This document shows, piece by piece, positions 8,161 through 18,994 of a stretch of 51,534 nucleotides of DNA (its first letter is position 1; each line of letters begins with the position of its first letter). The DNA comes from Clostridia bacterium (GTDB lineage: Bacteria; Bacillota; Clostridia; Oscillospirales; CAG-272): assembly GCA_017646005.1 (NCBI GenBank), contig JAGCNJ010000040.1:1-51534 (forward strand). The letters are read 5' to 3'. The notes under the pieces were generated by a model. The model saw only the letters and a list, made by a program, of their open reading frames with translations. It ran no database searches and was not told the DNA's origin. The position numbers and the translations under genes were made by a program.

Positions 8161-9657
8161 TTATTTGCCGAAAAAGAATCTGTCTATCGCCTCGTTGTAC
8201 CGAGCCTCGTTTTCAGCCTCATCCTCACGCATATATTCATACGGATATTTCGGCTCGAATATTCTTTCAAGCTTCTTTTCGCCGTTTTCATCAAATCTTA
8301 CAAGCTTTGCAACCGCACCCGCACCGACTGCAAAAATGGTGTGGTTTTCTTCCATTATGAGGACATTGTATATACCCGCGTGTCCGTCAATGGTAAAGCT
8401 TACGTTTTCAAGATTACCCACGGCATTCTTCTGCCTGTACATATAATAAGGTTTATATCCGGAATTCTTCATCTTGAGCTGTGAATAGTCAACGCTCTTG
8501 ACCGTATCGTTGACACCTCTTTTGAATATTCCCGGATCGTCAAGCTTTATCTGCGCGCTCTTCTTGACACAGAAGGTATGCACGGTTATATTTTCGGGTG
8601 CGCAGGCAATTACCGCATCCACCGATTTTGCAAAGCTCGGATAGCTTTCGCCGGGAAGTCCCGCTATAAGGTCACAGTTTATGGTTTTGATACCCACATT
8701 ACGCGCAATATCAAACGCATTGTAAAAATCCTCGGCTGTATGGCGTCTTCCGATGCTTTCAAGTATATTATTGTTTAATGTCTGCGGATTGATACTTATT
8801 CTTGTAACTCCATACGCCTTTGCTATTCTTAATTTTTCCTCGTCCACGGTATCCGGTCTTCCCGCTTCAAGTGTAAATTCGGCAAGCCTCTTCGTATTGA
8901 AATTACGGCTTATACAAGAAAGTAATTTTTCAAGCTCTGCGGCAGTCAATACCGTAGGTGTTCCTCCGCCTATGTATATGGTTAAAAGCTTCTTTTTTGC
9001 GCGCTTCATCTGTAATGCCGCGCGTTCGATATCCCTGCAAAGTCTGTCAATATACTCTGGTATCATTGAAAGAAGCCTGTTTGTTGAATAAGAAACGAAG
9101 CTGCAATATGCGCATCTCGATGGGCAAAATGGTATTGATATGTAAAGACTGCAGGTATCTTCCCTTATTCCCTCAAGAATAGCTCTTTCATTCTGCGCAA
9201 CGTCTATGCACAGTGTAGCCTTCTTCGGATTGACAAGATAGTCACGGCGCAATTGTCTCCTTACCGAAAGCGCGGTTCTTCCCTCCGCAAGCATTTCAAG
9301 AGCAAGCTTCGCCGGGCGTATGCCGACAAGCATACCCCACGCAGGTGCCATTCCGACAAGCTTTTCGCCGGCATAGTACATAGCCGTTCCAAGCGCAAGC
9401 TTTGCCGTTTTTTCCTCGCCAACTCCGTTTTTAACCTCAAGCTCAGCAATATGTGTTTCGCTTTTACCCGCAAGCGAAAGCGTTACCTTTACGCTTACAA
9501 TATCGTCTTCTCTTGTAACAGAGTAATCAAGGGTAGGCTCCCCCTCTCTTATTTCTTCTTCCTTTACGGAAAATTTTTCACCCGGGAAAAAGAGCATACA
9601 CAGAGATTGAACGTAATATCTGTTTACACGAATTTTTCCGTTATCGTTGATTTTCAT
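8161..9657 (-). CDS. hemZ: HemZ, coproporphyrinogen dehydrogenase-like radical SAM protein
   Basis: WGMLVGIRPAK, SLYISIPFCPSRCAYCSF (CxxxCxxC), EAGRPDT and PYYMYRQKN. Confidence 0.93.
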   Translation of the reverse strand: MKINDNGKIRVNRYYVQSLCMLFFPGEKFSVKEEEIREGEPTLDYSVTREDDIVSVKVTLSLAGKSETHIAELEVKNGVGEEKTAKLALGTAMYYAGEKLVGMAPAWGMLVGIRPAKLALEMLAEGRTALSVRRQLRRDYLVNPKKATLCIDVAQNERAILEGIREDTCSLYISIPFCPSRCAYCSFVSYSTNRLLSMIPEYIDRLCRDIERAALQMKRAKKKLLTIYIGGGTPTVLTAAELEKLLSCISRNFNTKRLAEFTLEAGRPDTVDEEKLRIAKAYGVTRISINPQTLNNNILESIGRRHTAEDFYNAFDIARNVGIKTINCDLIAGLPGESYPSFAKSVDAVIACAPENITVHTFCVKKSAQIKLDDPGIFKRGVNDTVKSVDYSQLKMKNSGYKPYYMYRQKNAVGNLENVSFTIDGHAGIYNVLIMEENHTIFAVGAGAVAKLVRFDENGEKKLERIFEPKYPYEYMREDEAENEARYNEAIDRFFFGK

Positions 9658-9694
9658 ATACGTCAGCCTTTTTCTTACTTATCCTTGATAAGCT

Positions 9695-10147
9695 TTATTT
9701 TTTAAGGACCTCGCTATCCGCGAATATGGTCACGGGACCGTCGTTTACAATACTTACCCGCATATCTGCACCGAATCTGCCCGACTGCACATTCCGCACC
9801 TGCAGACCTGCTCTTTCCTTGAAGTATTCATAGAGTCGGTTTGCCGTATCGGGTGACGCACCCGAAAAATAATCGGGTCTGTTACCGTGCTTATAATTTG
9901 CGTTAAGCGTAAAATTTGATACAACGAGCATTTCGCCGTCTATATCCTTAAGCGAGAGGTTCATTTTACCGTTTTCATCCGAAAAAATGCGCATTTTCAC
10001 GATCTTATCGCACAAAAGCTCAGCATCCTTTTCCTCATCGCCCTGCGCCACGCCAAGAAGTATCATAAGCCCTTTGCCTATTTCACCTAAAAGTTCACCA
10101 TCGCTTTGAACGCTTGCAGATTCTACTCTTTGTATTACCGCTTTCAT
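9695..10147 (-). CDS. dtd: D-aminoacyl-tRNA deacylase
   Basis: MKAVIQRV, RIFSDENGKMNLS, SNFTL and NDGPVT. Confidence 0.96.
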   Translation of the reverse strand: MKAVIQRVESASVQSDGELLGEIGKGLMILLGVAQGDEEKDAELLCDKIVKMRIFSDENGKMNLSLKDIDGEMLVVSNFTLNANYKHGNRPDYFSGASPDTANRLYEYFKERAGLQVRNVQSGRFGADMRVSIVNDGPVTIFADSEVLKK

Positions 10148-10168
10148 TTTTAACTCCGTTTTTTCAGT

Positions 10169-12382
10169 TTACGCTCCGAAGCCGCGCTTCACGTCATCGA
10201 CTCCGTTTACCGCCTTAAGCCTCGATACGATCGAATTTACGTGATCTATACTGCGGCAGGCAAGATTTAAGTTGATTATAACATCGCTTGTACCCTTGGT
10301 CTGATAATTTATCGAAAGAAGCGATACCTTCATTTCGGCAAGGGCTGAAGAAACGTCCGCAAGCAAGGAAAGGCTCTGATGTGCATACACCTGAACGAAC
10401 GCATCATACGTATCGCTTGCAAGCGTATCGCTTATATCCCAATGCGCCTCAACGAAGCGATCCTTATTTCCGTCCTGCTCAAGTGCTCCCGAGATATTGG
10501 GGCAGTCTGTCTTGTGTATCGAAATTCCGTAGCCCTTGGTTATAAAGCCAACGACCTTATCTCCCGGAAGAGGATTACAGCATTTTGCGAATTTGACAAG
10601 GCATCCGCTCTGACCGTCAACTATAATACCTCCGCCCGACTTATGTCGCTTTGTAGGTGTATACACCGCAATGGTTTCGGGGGTCGTTACGGGTGTTTGA
10701 GCTGCTTGCACAGGCAATACCACGCGGTCAAACTCATCCTTGAGTCTGCCGGAAATCTTGGATACGGAAAGTCCTCCGTATCCTATGGTATTGAGAAGAT
10801 CCTCCTCTGTCTTGATACCGATACGGTGCGCTACGTTCGTAAGCACCTCTGATCTTTGTGAATCGTTATAGGGACGGCCGTATTTTTTGAATTCACGATC
10901 GATTTCTGCTCTTCCGACAATGATATTTTCAGGACGCTTTTCCTTTTTGAACCATTGTCTTATCTTATTTCTCGCTTCACTCGTTTTGACCATTTTAAGC
11001 CAGTCACGGCTCGGACCCTTTGATGCCGAGCTTGTGAGTATCTCAACGATCTCACCGTTTTTCGGTATACTGTCGATGGGCGCGATGGCTCCGTTTATCT
11101 TGGCGCCGATCATCTTGTTTCCGACAGCCGAGTGTATCGCATACGCAAAATCAATAATATTTGCTCCCTGCGGAAGCACGATAACGTCGCCCTTTGGTGT
11201 GAACACGAAGGTTTCGTCGTGGAAAATATCTATCTTAAGGGTATTAAGGAATTCATCGGGGTCCATGGTATCATCATTGACCTCGATAAGCTTCGCTACC
11301 CATTCAAGCTTACGGTCTACCTCTTCCTTACTGCGTATACCGCCCGACTTATATTTCCAGTGTGCGGCGATACCGTATTCGGCTATCTGATGCATCTCGT
11401 GCGTTCTTATTTGCACCTCAAAGGGTATACCGTCATGACCGATTACCGTCGTATGAAGCGAGCGGTAAAGGTTGGGCTTCGGGGTTGAGATATAATCCTT
11501 GAAGCGGCCGGGAATTGATTTATACATTTCATGTATGATACCAAGCACGGTATAGCATTCAAGCTCTGTATCGACAATTATACGCAAGGCGTAAAAGTCG
11601 TATATCTCATCAAAGCTTTTATTCTGGTTATACATCTTCTTATAGATGCTGTAAACCGTTTTCACTCTGCCCTCAAGGGTGAACTTGATATTGTAATCTG
11701 CAAGCTTGGAGGTAACGCTTTCGCGGCATCTTTCGATAAAATCGCTGTTCTGACCGTATTTGCGGTCAATATCTCCTCTGACCTCGGCAAAGCCTATCGG
11801 ATCGAGGTATGAAAGCGCGTGTCCCTCAAGCTCCTGCTTTATCTTCTGCATACCGAGTCGGTGTGCAAGAGGTGCGAAAACGTGCATCGTTTCAAGCGCG
11901 GTTTCCCTTCTCTTCGCCTCGGGCTTTGCATCAAGTGTACGCATATTATGAAGTCTGTCGCAAAGCTTTATAAAGATGACTCGGATATCCTTTGACATCG
12001 CGATGAACATCTTTCTTAAATTCTCTATCTCGTACTCTTCCTTGTTTTCGACGTTGAATTTTACGTTTTTCGTAACGCCGTCCACAAGCAAAGCTACCTC
12101 GCTTCCGTACTCCCTTTCGATATAATCAAGGTCGGTCTTATCCGAGCAATCCTCGACCGTATCGTGCAAGAGCGCCGCGCAGATAGAGTCTGTATCAAGC
12201 TCAAGCCCCGCTACTATTTCCGCAACCGCTACCGGGTGGCTTATATAAGGCTCTCCGCTGACTCTGAACTGCCCTGCGTGAAGCTCGTTTGCGTACGCAA
12301 ACGCCTTTTTTATTTTTTCGATATCATAGTGCTTGCCCGTATTTTCAAGCGTTGCAAGCAATTTATCTATAGGTGTGTACAT
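10169..12382 (-). CDS. relA: Bifunctional (p)ppGpp synthetase/hydrolase Rel
   Basis: HD domain LLHDTVED, DRLHNMRTL, RFKDYI, EVQIRT, AAHWKYK, TGS domain, CCNPLPGD and C-terminal ACT domain. Confidence 0.97.
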   Translation of the reverse strand: MYTPIDKLLATLENTGKHYDIEKIKKAFAYANELHAGQFRVSGEPYISHPVAVAEIVAGLELDTDSICAALLHDTVEDCSDKTDLDYIEREYGSEVALLVDGVTKNVKFNVENKEEYEIENLRKMFIAMSKDIRVIFIKLCDRLHNMRTLDAKPEAKRRETALETMHVFAPLAHRLGMQKIKQELEGHALSYLDPIGFAEVRGDIDRKYGQNSDFIERCRESVTSKLADYNIKFTLEGRVKTVYSIYKKMYNQNKSFDEIYDFYALRIIVDTELECYTVLGIIHEMYKSIPGRFKDYISTPKPNLYRSLHTTVIGHDGIPFEVQIRTHEMHQIAEYGIAAHWKYKSGGIRSKEEVDRKLEWVAKLIEVNDDTMDPDEFLNTLKIDIFHDETFVFTPKGDVIVLPQGANIIDFAYAIHSAVGNKMIGAKINGAIAPIDSIPKNGEIVEILTSSASKGPSRDWLKMVKTSEARNKIRQWFKKEKRPENIIVGRAEIDREFKKYGRPYNDSQRSEVLTNVAHRIGIKTEEDLLNTIGYGGLSVSKISGRLKDEFDRVVLPVQAAQTPVTTPETIAVYTPTKRHKSGGGIIVDGQSGCLVKFAKCCNPLPGDKVVGFITKGYGISIHKTDCPNISGALEQDGNKDRFVEAHWDISDTLASDTYDAFVQVYAHQSLSLLADVSSALAEMKVSLLSINYQTKGTSDVIINLNLACRSIDHVNSIVSRLKAVNGVDDVKRGFGA

Positions 12383-12436
12383 CCTTTGATTCCTTTCGGT
12401 ACTTAAGGCTACCGTAGCCCGAATATTAATAATGCC

Positions 12437-14617
12437 TTATTTAGATGCCCTGCGTCTGAGTGCTGTCAGAAGATCGGATGCTTCAAGATCGACCTTGCGC
12501 ACCTGCTTATTAAGCGCGATACGGCAGCTTTCGTTTGTTTCACTGACGTAAGAAACAAGCCCAAGCTCGCACATAATGTCAAGTATCGCGCGCAGCTTGA
12601 TATACGGCATCTTTTCATTTTTAAGCACGTGCGCGGCAATAAGGCTGTATCTTACACAGTCCTCATCGTTTTCCTTGAAAAGCACGTTTTTAATGTATCT
12701 GTATACTGCGGCAAAATCATCTCTGTCAGGAAGCATATCCGCAGGATAAGCGCCTCCGTGAAGTGCATCGTTATATACTGCGGCATATTCACTTATCTCT
12801 TTTGTCAGCTCCTTTGATGCTCTTAAGTCCTTTATATGTATCTGCACACAGGTGCGGCCCATAAATTCGTTAAGCTCAAGGCTTCCGAGCAGATCTATCT
12901 TATCACCGACGCAAAACTCTATATCGGCAAATTTCTTACCGAACCAGAGTGCCGTGATGCTTGTATTATCCTTGCTTACCACAAGCTTTACGTGCTTACC
13001 CTCCTTTAAGGGATAAAGCTCGCTTACAGTTACGTTTTCGATTATAAACTGCGGCAGGGGATTTGCCTGTCCGTACGGCTCGAGCAAATACAGCTCACAA
13101 GCGAGCTTTTCATCAAGCTCTTCAAGTCCTACCGATGCGTCCGCTGTGATTATCTGCTCTGCTTCCTTAAGATCAAATATCTCATCGGCGTGCTCGTTTA
13201 TCGCTTTTTTGAAGCTTTCAAGATTTCCACGCTCAATGGTAAGTCCTGCGGCAAGCTCATGACCGCCAAAGCGTACAAGCGTATCCTTGCAGGCATCAAG
13301 CGCTTTTACAAGGTCAAGCCCCTTGACGCTTCGTCCCGAGCCTTTACCTATGTCGCTTCCGCTTGTCTTTTCTCCGATGTTTCCCTCAAAGGAAATAAGT
13401 ATGCTCGGAAGTCCGTATCGCTCGGTGATCCTCGAGGCAACGATCCCGATAACTCCGTGATGCCAGTTGTCATCGTCAAGCACAATGACCTTGTCGTTTA
13501 TATTGCACTTATCTATTTTCGCAAGCGCTTCTGTCAGTATCGCATTTTCCTCCTGCTGACGCACGGTATTCATATGCGAAAGCTCAAGCGCCTTTTGCGA
13601 TGCCGTTTCAGCATCTGTACACGCGAAAAGCTCTACCGCATCTGCGGCGTTACCCATTCGTCCCACCGCATTTATTCTGGGGGCAAGGGTAAAGCTTATA
13701 AGGCTTGTTGAAAGCTTCTTTACAGGCTTTTTATTGAAATCTATTCCTGCACAAAGGCTTATGAGTTCACGTGTTCCGACAAATTTCGGATCGCGCATGA
13801 TTTCAAGTCCTCTTTTTACTATCGCGCGGTTTTCATCTATGAGCGGCATTACGTCGGCAACGGTACCGATAGCAACAAGCTCACCGTATTCGTCGATAAC
13901 TCTTTCACACGCCTCTGCAACATCAAGTCCGAGTCTTTTCATTTCAAGCGCGCATATAAGCTTGAATACAACTCCGACTCCCGCAAGCTCGTCAAATGGA
14001 TAATTACAGTTATCCTGTCTTGGATTGACGCAGGGTACAAACGGTAATATCATCTCACCGGTTTCCCCTCGCTTACATTCGTGATGATCGGTAACGACGA
14101 GCTCTATTCCAAGCTTTTTCGCGTATTCTATCTCATCTGTTGCAGTTATACCCGTATCAACGGTTATTATGAATCTGCTGTCGCTTTCAAATATTTTATC
14201 TATAGCGCCTGTGCTGAGTCCGTAGCCCTCGCCTATACGGCACGGGATATAATATGAGCAAGACCTGACACCTCTGCGCTTAAGATAGGTGGTAAGCAGG
14301 GTCACCGAGGTCACTCCGTCTACATCATAATCTCCGTAAACGGTGATATGCTCACCGCGCTCTATTGCCGAACCGATCCTTTCACACGCGATTTCCATAT
14401 CCTTCATAAGAAAAGGATCGTGAAAATGTGACGTGCTGTCTATAAACTCGGACGCGCGCTCAATATCATCACTCTTGAGTCTGTCGTAAACAAGTCCCGC
14501 TGTGATGCGTCTTACATCAAGCGCGTGCGCTATGTTATTTATTATTTTTTCTTCAGCCTCGCTGTGCTTTATACAGCACCATTTGCGTACAGGCTCTCTT
14601 CTCTTCTTACTTTGCAT
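12437..14617 (-). CDS. recJ: ssDNA exonuclease RecJ
   Basis: GDYDVDG, TVDTG, TDHH, PRINAVGR, GSGRS and GGHELAAG. Confidence 0.96.
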   Translation of the reverse strand: MQSKKRREPVRKWCCIKHSEAEEKIINNIAHALDVRRITAGLVYDRLKSDDIERASEFIDSTSHFHDPFLMKDMEIACERIGSAIERGEHITVYGDYDVDGVTSVTLLTTYLKRRGVRSCSYYIPCRIGEGYGLSTGAIDKIFESDSRFIITVDTGITATDEIEYAKKLGIELVVTDHHECKRGETGEMILPFVPCVNPRQDNCNYPFDELAGVGVVFKLICALEMKRLGLDVAEACERVIDEYGELVAIGTVADVMPLIDENRAIVKRGLEIMRDPKFVGTRELISLCAGIDFNKKPVKKLSTSLISFTLAPRINAVGRMGNAADAVELFACTDAETASQKALELSHMNTVRQQEENAILTEALAKIDKCNINDKVIVLDDDNWHHGVIGIVASRITERYGLPSILISFEGNIGEKTSGSDIGKGSGRSVKGLDLVKALDACKDTLVRFGGHELAAGLTIERGNLESFKKAINEHADEIFDLKEAEQIITADASVGLEELDEKLACELYLLEPYGQANPLPQFIIENVTVSELYPLKEGKHVKLVVSKDNTSITALWFGKKFADIEFCVGDKIDLLGSLELNEFMGRTCVQIHIKDLRASKELTKEISEYAAVYNDALHGGAYPADMLPDRDDFAAVYRYIKNVLFKENDEDCVRYSLIAAHVLKNEKMPYIKLRAILDIMCELGLVSYVSETNESCRIALNKQVRKVDLEASDLLTALRRRASK

Positions 14618-14637
14618 CGGTATTTATCCTAATCTGA

Positions 14638-15084
14638 TCATTCTTCGTTTTCGACGTCGTCAATCGAGATTATCTCAAGATCCGGACGCTTTTTTACGTT
14701 TTTTTCAAGCAGAACACATGCGAGTGCAAAGCTTGTGACAAAAACTGCAAGTGCAAATGTAAATGCATTTTCACTGCAAAGCTTTTCTGCTGTGAAATAT
14801 GCGGCAAAGGCAAGTACTATGGGTAAAAAGAATATTGCCGCACAGTAGCTTATCACTCTTTGGGACGAGGCACTGACTACTACTCTGTCGCCGACCTTTG
14901 CTCCTATGGTGTTGTACGCCTTTGCATAAGCGGTCTTGTCCCCGAAGGTAAGACAAGCACTGCAGCCCTTTGAGTTTGCCATATTATGGCATCCCTCGCA
15001 TATGCTTTTGCGCGACACCTCTACCGTTGCAAGCTCTCCGTTTATCTCTGTTACTTTAGCCTTTTGTATCATAGCTTTCTCCAT
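14638..15084 (-). CDS. RseC/MucC family protein
   Basis: RKSICEGC...CSAC, NTIGAKVGDRV and two TM helices. Confidence 0.8.
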   Translation of the reverse strand: MEKAMIQKAKVTEINGELATVEVSRKSICEGCHNMANSKGCSACLTFGDKTAYAKAYNTIGAKVGDRVVVSASSQRVISYCAAIFFLPIVLAFAAYFTAEKLCSENAFTFALAVFVTSFALACVLLEKNVKKRPDLEIISIDDVENEE

Positions 15085-15104
15085 TGACCGCCTATCGGTC
15101 TGAC

Positions 15105-16730
15105 TTAATCAAGCGGCGAATATTTTTTCATTACGGCAAGCGCAGTATTTATGCCGTCTACCGCCGCGCTTGTAATACCGCCGGCATATCCCGCACCCTC
15201 TCCCGCAGGATACATATTCTGTATACCTAACGCGGTATATTCCTCATTTCTCAGTATACGCAAGGGTGCAGATGTGCGCGTTTCAACTCCGGTAAGCACA
15301 GCAGATTTTTCACCAAAACATCTCATTTTTCGCGAAAAGTCCGTAATGCCGAGTCTTAACATATCACACACGTAATCCGGAAGCACCGTATCAAGCGGTG
15401 CAACCGTATATTTTGAATCCATATAGGTGGGTATTATATCACACGGAGCTGAAAGCCCGTGTGATTTTTTATCAAGAAAATCTCCCACTGTTTCGACTGG
15501 AGCTTTATATCCACCGCCGCCCACCTTATATGCCGCTCTTTCGAGCATACGCTGAAGCTCTATAGCCTTCATCGGCGTGTTACCGTAATCTTCAGGCTCG
15601 ACCGACACCGCAAGCGCGGCGTTTGCATTTACTCCGTCACGTGCAAATCGGCTCATACCGTTTGTAACAACGCCGCCCTCTTCACTTGCCGCCGCTACGA
15701 CCTCACCGCCCGGGCACATACAGAAAGTGTACACCGCCCTGCCGTTTTCACGGCGCGAAAGTGCATACTCACCCTTTGGCAGTCTTGCATCTCCGGCAAA
15801 ACTGCCGTAAAGCGACTCATCAACGCTTTTCTGAAAATGCTCAACGCGGACACCGACCGAAAACGGCTTTGCCGCCATCGATGTGCCGCGTTCAAACAGC
15901 ATATTATAAGTGTCACGCGCGCTGTGACCTATCGCAAGGATAATGACCGAGCATTCAAGCTCTCTGCCTGTGGAAAGCTTAACGCTTTTTACGCGTCCGT
16001 TTTCTATTCTTATATCATCAAGCCGCGTATTGTAAAGTATCTCTCCGCCAAGCTCGCATATCTTATCCGCTGCGTTTTGCACAACGTCAAGAAGCTTATC
16101 CGTGCCGACGTGCGGCTTCGCGTTATAAAGTATCTCCTCAGGTGCGCCAAGCTCATAAAGCGTATCAAGCACGTACGCGCATTTAGGGTCGTTTATTCGG
16201 GTTACAAGCTTTCCGTCCGAGAAGGTACCCGCTCCGCCCGCGCCGAACTGGATATTACTTTCCTCAAGCACTCCCGTGGCGTAAAAACGGTCGACTGCCG
16301 CACGGCGATCTGAAACGTCTGCTCCTCGTTCCAATACTATCGGTCTGTATCCGTTTTTGGCAAGCTCAAGTGCAGCAAACATTCCGCAGGGGCCGAAGCC
16401 CACGATTACCGGTCTTTCCAAAAGGCTTTCTCTTCCGTATTCAACCGTAAGCTCCCCGCCGGACACCTTAGCGGCATCGGCTCTCTCAAGTAACTTTGCA
16501 TCCGGATATTTTTCACACGGAACCGAAACCGAGTAGATAAAGTGCGGCTTCCCTTCGGGATTCTTTGCGCTTTTGCGCGCATCGACCGACCTTTTTGCTA
16601 TCCTCGCATCAAACGAACCGGCTTTTATTCCAAGCTTTGCCGCTTTTCTGACCGCAATATCTATCGCCTCATCAGCAGGCTGGTCATAAGGAAGCTTTAT
16701 GTTTCGAAATAAGATTCTGTTTCCGCTCAT
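15105..16730 (-). CDS. Uncharacterised NAD(P)/FAD-dependent oxidoreductase
   Basis: GFGPCG (GxGxxG), QFGAGGAGTFSDGKL, FCMCPGG, ETRTSAP and GEGAGYAGGITSAAVDG. Start probably ATG 16730, directly after the cdaR stop. Confidence 0.87.
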   Translation of the reverse strand: MSGNRILFRNIKLPYDQPADEAIDIAVRKAAKLGIKAGSFDARIAKRSVDARKSAKNPEGKPHFIYSVSVPCEKYPDAKLLERADAAKVSGGELTVEYGRESLLERPVIVGFGPCGMFAALELAKNGYRPIVLERGADVSDRRAAVDRFYATGVLEESNIQFGAGGAGTFSDGKLVTRINDPKCAYVLDTLYELGAPEEILYNAKPHVGTDKLLDVVQNAADKICELGGEILYNTRLDDIRIENGRVKSVKLSTGRELECSVIILAIGHSARDTYNMLFERGTSMAAKPFSVGVRVEHFQKSVDESLYGSFAGDARLPKGEYALSRRENGRAVYTFCMCPGGEVVAAASEEGGVVTNGMSRFARDGVNANAALAVSVEPEDYGNTPMKAIELQRMLERAAYKVGGGGYKAPVETVGDFLDKKSHGLSAPCDIIPTYMDSKYTVAPLDTVLPDYVCDMLRLGITDFSRKMRCFGEKSAVLTGVETRTSAPLRILRNEEYTALGIQNMYPAGEGAGYAGGITSAAVDGINTALAVMKKYSPLD

Positions 16731-16731
16731 T

Positions 16732-17997
16732 TTACTTGATGTCGAAATCAATCGTATATTCTCCAAGCTCATACACGTTAGGTTTGAGTATTTCGGGAAG
16801 TATTACCTTTACGGGCACGCTTATACGCTTTGCGCCCTTCTTATAGTAGCTGAGATCCGCTTCAAGCGAAATATTTGATTCACTTACAAGCGAAAGCGAG
16901 CCCGAGCTTCCGCGGAGAGTTATATTGATATCATCAACCGCCATCGTATATTCAAGTCCGTTCGGATTCTTGACTGAGATATTATTCACGTTTATGACTC
17001 TGGTAGACGTGTTCACCTGAGTTACGGTAATTACCGCGCTGTCTGTACGGTCAAGATTTTCAACCGTATCGGGAAGCTTCACCATAGCCATATTCATACT
17101 TGTTGTACCCGTAAGCTTCTTTTCGTCGAGCGTCATAAGCTCTACCGTGCTTATCTTGTCAAGCTCGGTCGGGTCACCCTTGATACGAACGCTTGACGGT
17201 TCAATTGTCACAATCGAATTCTTTTCGTTGAAGTATCCGTATTTGAAAGCCACCGAAAGAGGCACGTCCTTTTCCGCATACACGGGAACCGTTACCGTAA
17301 CATCTGTTTCACTGACCTTTATATAAGGATTTGTTACCGGTGTACTGCCCGAATATAGCTCTATGCTTCCCGTGGTAGTAACAGATTTTGTAAGCTTGCC
17401 TACGTTGACGGTTACCTGTGCGTGTGTAATGTTGTCAAGCACGTCCTCGGGACCGCTTACGGTTACGGTTTCAATATTCGTAAAGGGTGTACCGAGCGTA
17501 TAATCCGATTCGATCTGATATGTGGGGTTTACTCTTATCTCAACGCCCTTTTGCGTGCGCTTGTCTACGTACACGTTTACGTAATTTGCCGAAAGCTCCT
17601 TGAATGCCACTCCGCTCGGAGCCGACGTGCGCACGTCAAGCGAATATTCTCCCGCCGCGCTGATCTGCGAAAGATCAACGTAAGCGGAAATGTCATCCGC
17701 TCCTACACGGCTTAATTCTCCCCTTGTACCCGAAAGAGTCACGTCTATGCTGTAATCATATCCGCTTATGACCGTCATACCGTAGTTTTCCTCAAGCGTA
17801 TCTGCTCCGATTATCTCAACGGGTATCGACGCAAAGCGTCTGTCCTCGATTATGGTCTGTGTGCTCACGGCATAAAACCACAAAAGCACGGCACCGACCA
17901 CGCATATTATTCTCGCGGCGATATCAATTTTACGGCTGTCCGTTTTCTTCGCACTCTCTTCCGTTTCATGTATCATATTTTCATTGTTTTCGTTCAT
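16732..17997 (-). CDS. cdaR: CdaR (YbbR-domain) regulator of diadenylate cyclase
   Basis: N-terminal TM helix (LLWFYA), repeated beta-rich YbbR-like domains (AYVDLS) and a 4-nt overlap with cdaA. Confidence 0.85.
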   Translation of the reverse strand: MNENNENMIHETEESAKKTDSRKIDIAARIICVVGAVLLWFYAVSTQTIIEDRRFASIPVEIIGADTLEENYGMTVISGYDYSIDVTLSGTRGELSRVGADDISAYVDLSQISAAGEYSLDVRTSAPSGVAFKELSANYVNVYVDKRTQKGVEIRVNPTYQIESDYTLGTPFTNIETVTVSGPEDVLDNITHAQVTVNVGKLTKSVTTTGSIELYSGSTPVTNPYIKVSETDVTVTVPVYAEKDVPLSVAFKYGYFNEKNSIVTIEPSSVRIKGDPTELDKISTVELMTLDEKKLTGTTSMNMAMVKLPDTVENLDRTDSAVITVTQVNTSTRVINVNNISVKNPNGLEYTMAVDDINITLRGSSGSLSLVSESNISLEADLSYYKKGAKRISVPVKVILPEILKPNVYELGEYTIDFDIK

Positions 17998-18902
17998 TTT
18001 TCTTCCGCATCCTTCTTACTTGCGTTTTTTCTGTCCTTCTGCGAAATATGAAGTATATTCTTAAGCTGCTTTCTGCGGCTTATCTCTTCGCCTGAAACAA
18101 GAAGCTCTCTCTCAAGGAATTTCTTGAGGGACTGATAGCTGTAGTTTGAATTGAGCTTTCCGTCAAGCGCAGTCGATATTGCGCCCGTTTCCTCGGATAC
18201 TATCAGTACGACCGCATCGCTGACCTCGCTCATTCCGATTCCCGCTCTGTGTCGCGTTCCCAGGACCTTGATTATCTCGGGATTGGTTGAAAGGGGCAAA
18301 AAGCATCCTGCGGCATTTATTCTGCCGTCTCTTATCACCATCGCTCCGTCGTGAAGCGGTGCCTTGTTAAAGAAAAGGTTCTTGATAAGAAACGGATCTG
18401 CCTTGGCATCTATCTCTGTACCTGTTTTTGTTATATCTCCAAGCCTGGTTGATCTTTCAATAACGATAAGCGCACCTGTCTTTTCAAGCGACATATCACA
18501 GACAGCACTGCAAAGAGTTTCTATTAGCTCTTGGGCATCCGTATCCTTATTCTGTCTGTCGCCAAGCTTAAAGGGCTTGAGCGGCTCTGCACCGAATTTT
18601 TCAAGCGCGGTACGAAGCTCGGGCTGAAACACGATGATAAGCGCAATGATTCCGACCTGGAAAAGATTTTCCATAATGAAGCTCACCGCATACATATTCA
18701 GAAACTCGCTTACAAGCGTAAACAGTATCAGAAAGATTACACCTATAGCAAGCTTACCTGCTCTTCTTTCGCGGATGAATTTGTACACGTAGTACAGAAG
18801 AAACGAAACGATAACAACGTCTATAACGTCTATGATTCCGATGCCCGAAAGCACTGCCGCTATATACGACACGATATCCTTAAACGATGTGATCGTATTC
18901 AT
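17994..18902 (-). CDS. cdaA: Diadenylate cyclase CdaA
   Basis: Three TM helices, FQPELR, GALIVIER, PLHDGA (DGA) and GTRHRA (RHR). Confidence 0.96.
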   Translation of the reverse strand: MNTITSFKDIVSYIAAVLSGIGIIDVIDVVIVSFLLYYVYKFIRERRAGKLAIGVIFLILFTLVSEFLNMYAVSFIMENLFQVGIIALIIVFQPELRTALEKFGAEPLKPFKLGDRQNKDTDAQELIETLCSAVCDMSLEKTGALIVIERSTRLGDITKTGTEIDAKADPFLIKNLFFNKAPLHDGAMVIRDGRINAAGCFLPLSTNPEIIKVLGTRHRAGIGMSEVSDAVVLIVSEETGAISTALDGKLNSNYSYQSLKKFLERELLVSGEEISRRKQLKNILHISQKDRKNASKKDAEEK

Positions 18903-18965
18903 TCTGCCACCTCCCCTTTATCTTTACATGGTATAGTACCCGATTTTATAATATAATTATTTATA

Positions 18966-18994
18966 ATTATACCACAAATCTAAAGCAATTTCAA
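18966..18994 (-). promoter_or_regulatory. sigmaA promoter of the cdaA operon
   Basis: TTGAAA-17 nt-TATAAT with an extended TG. Confidence 0.7.
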
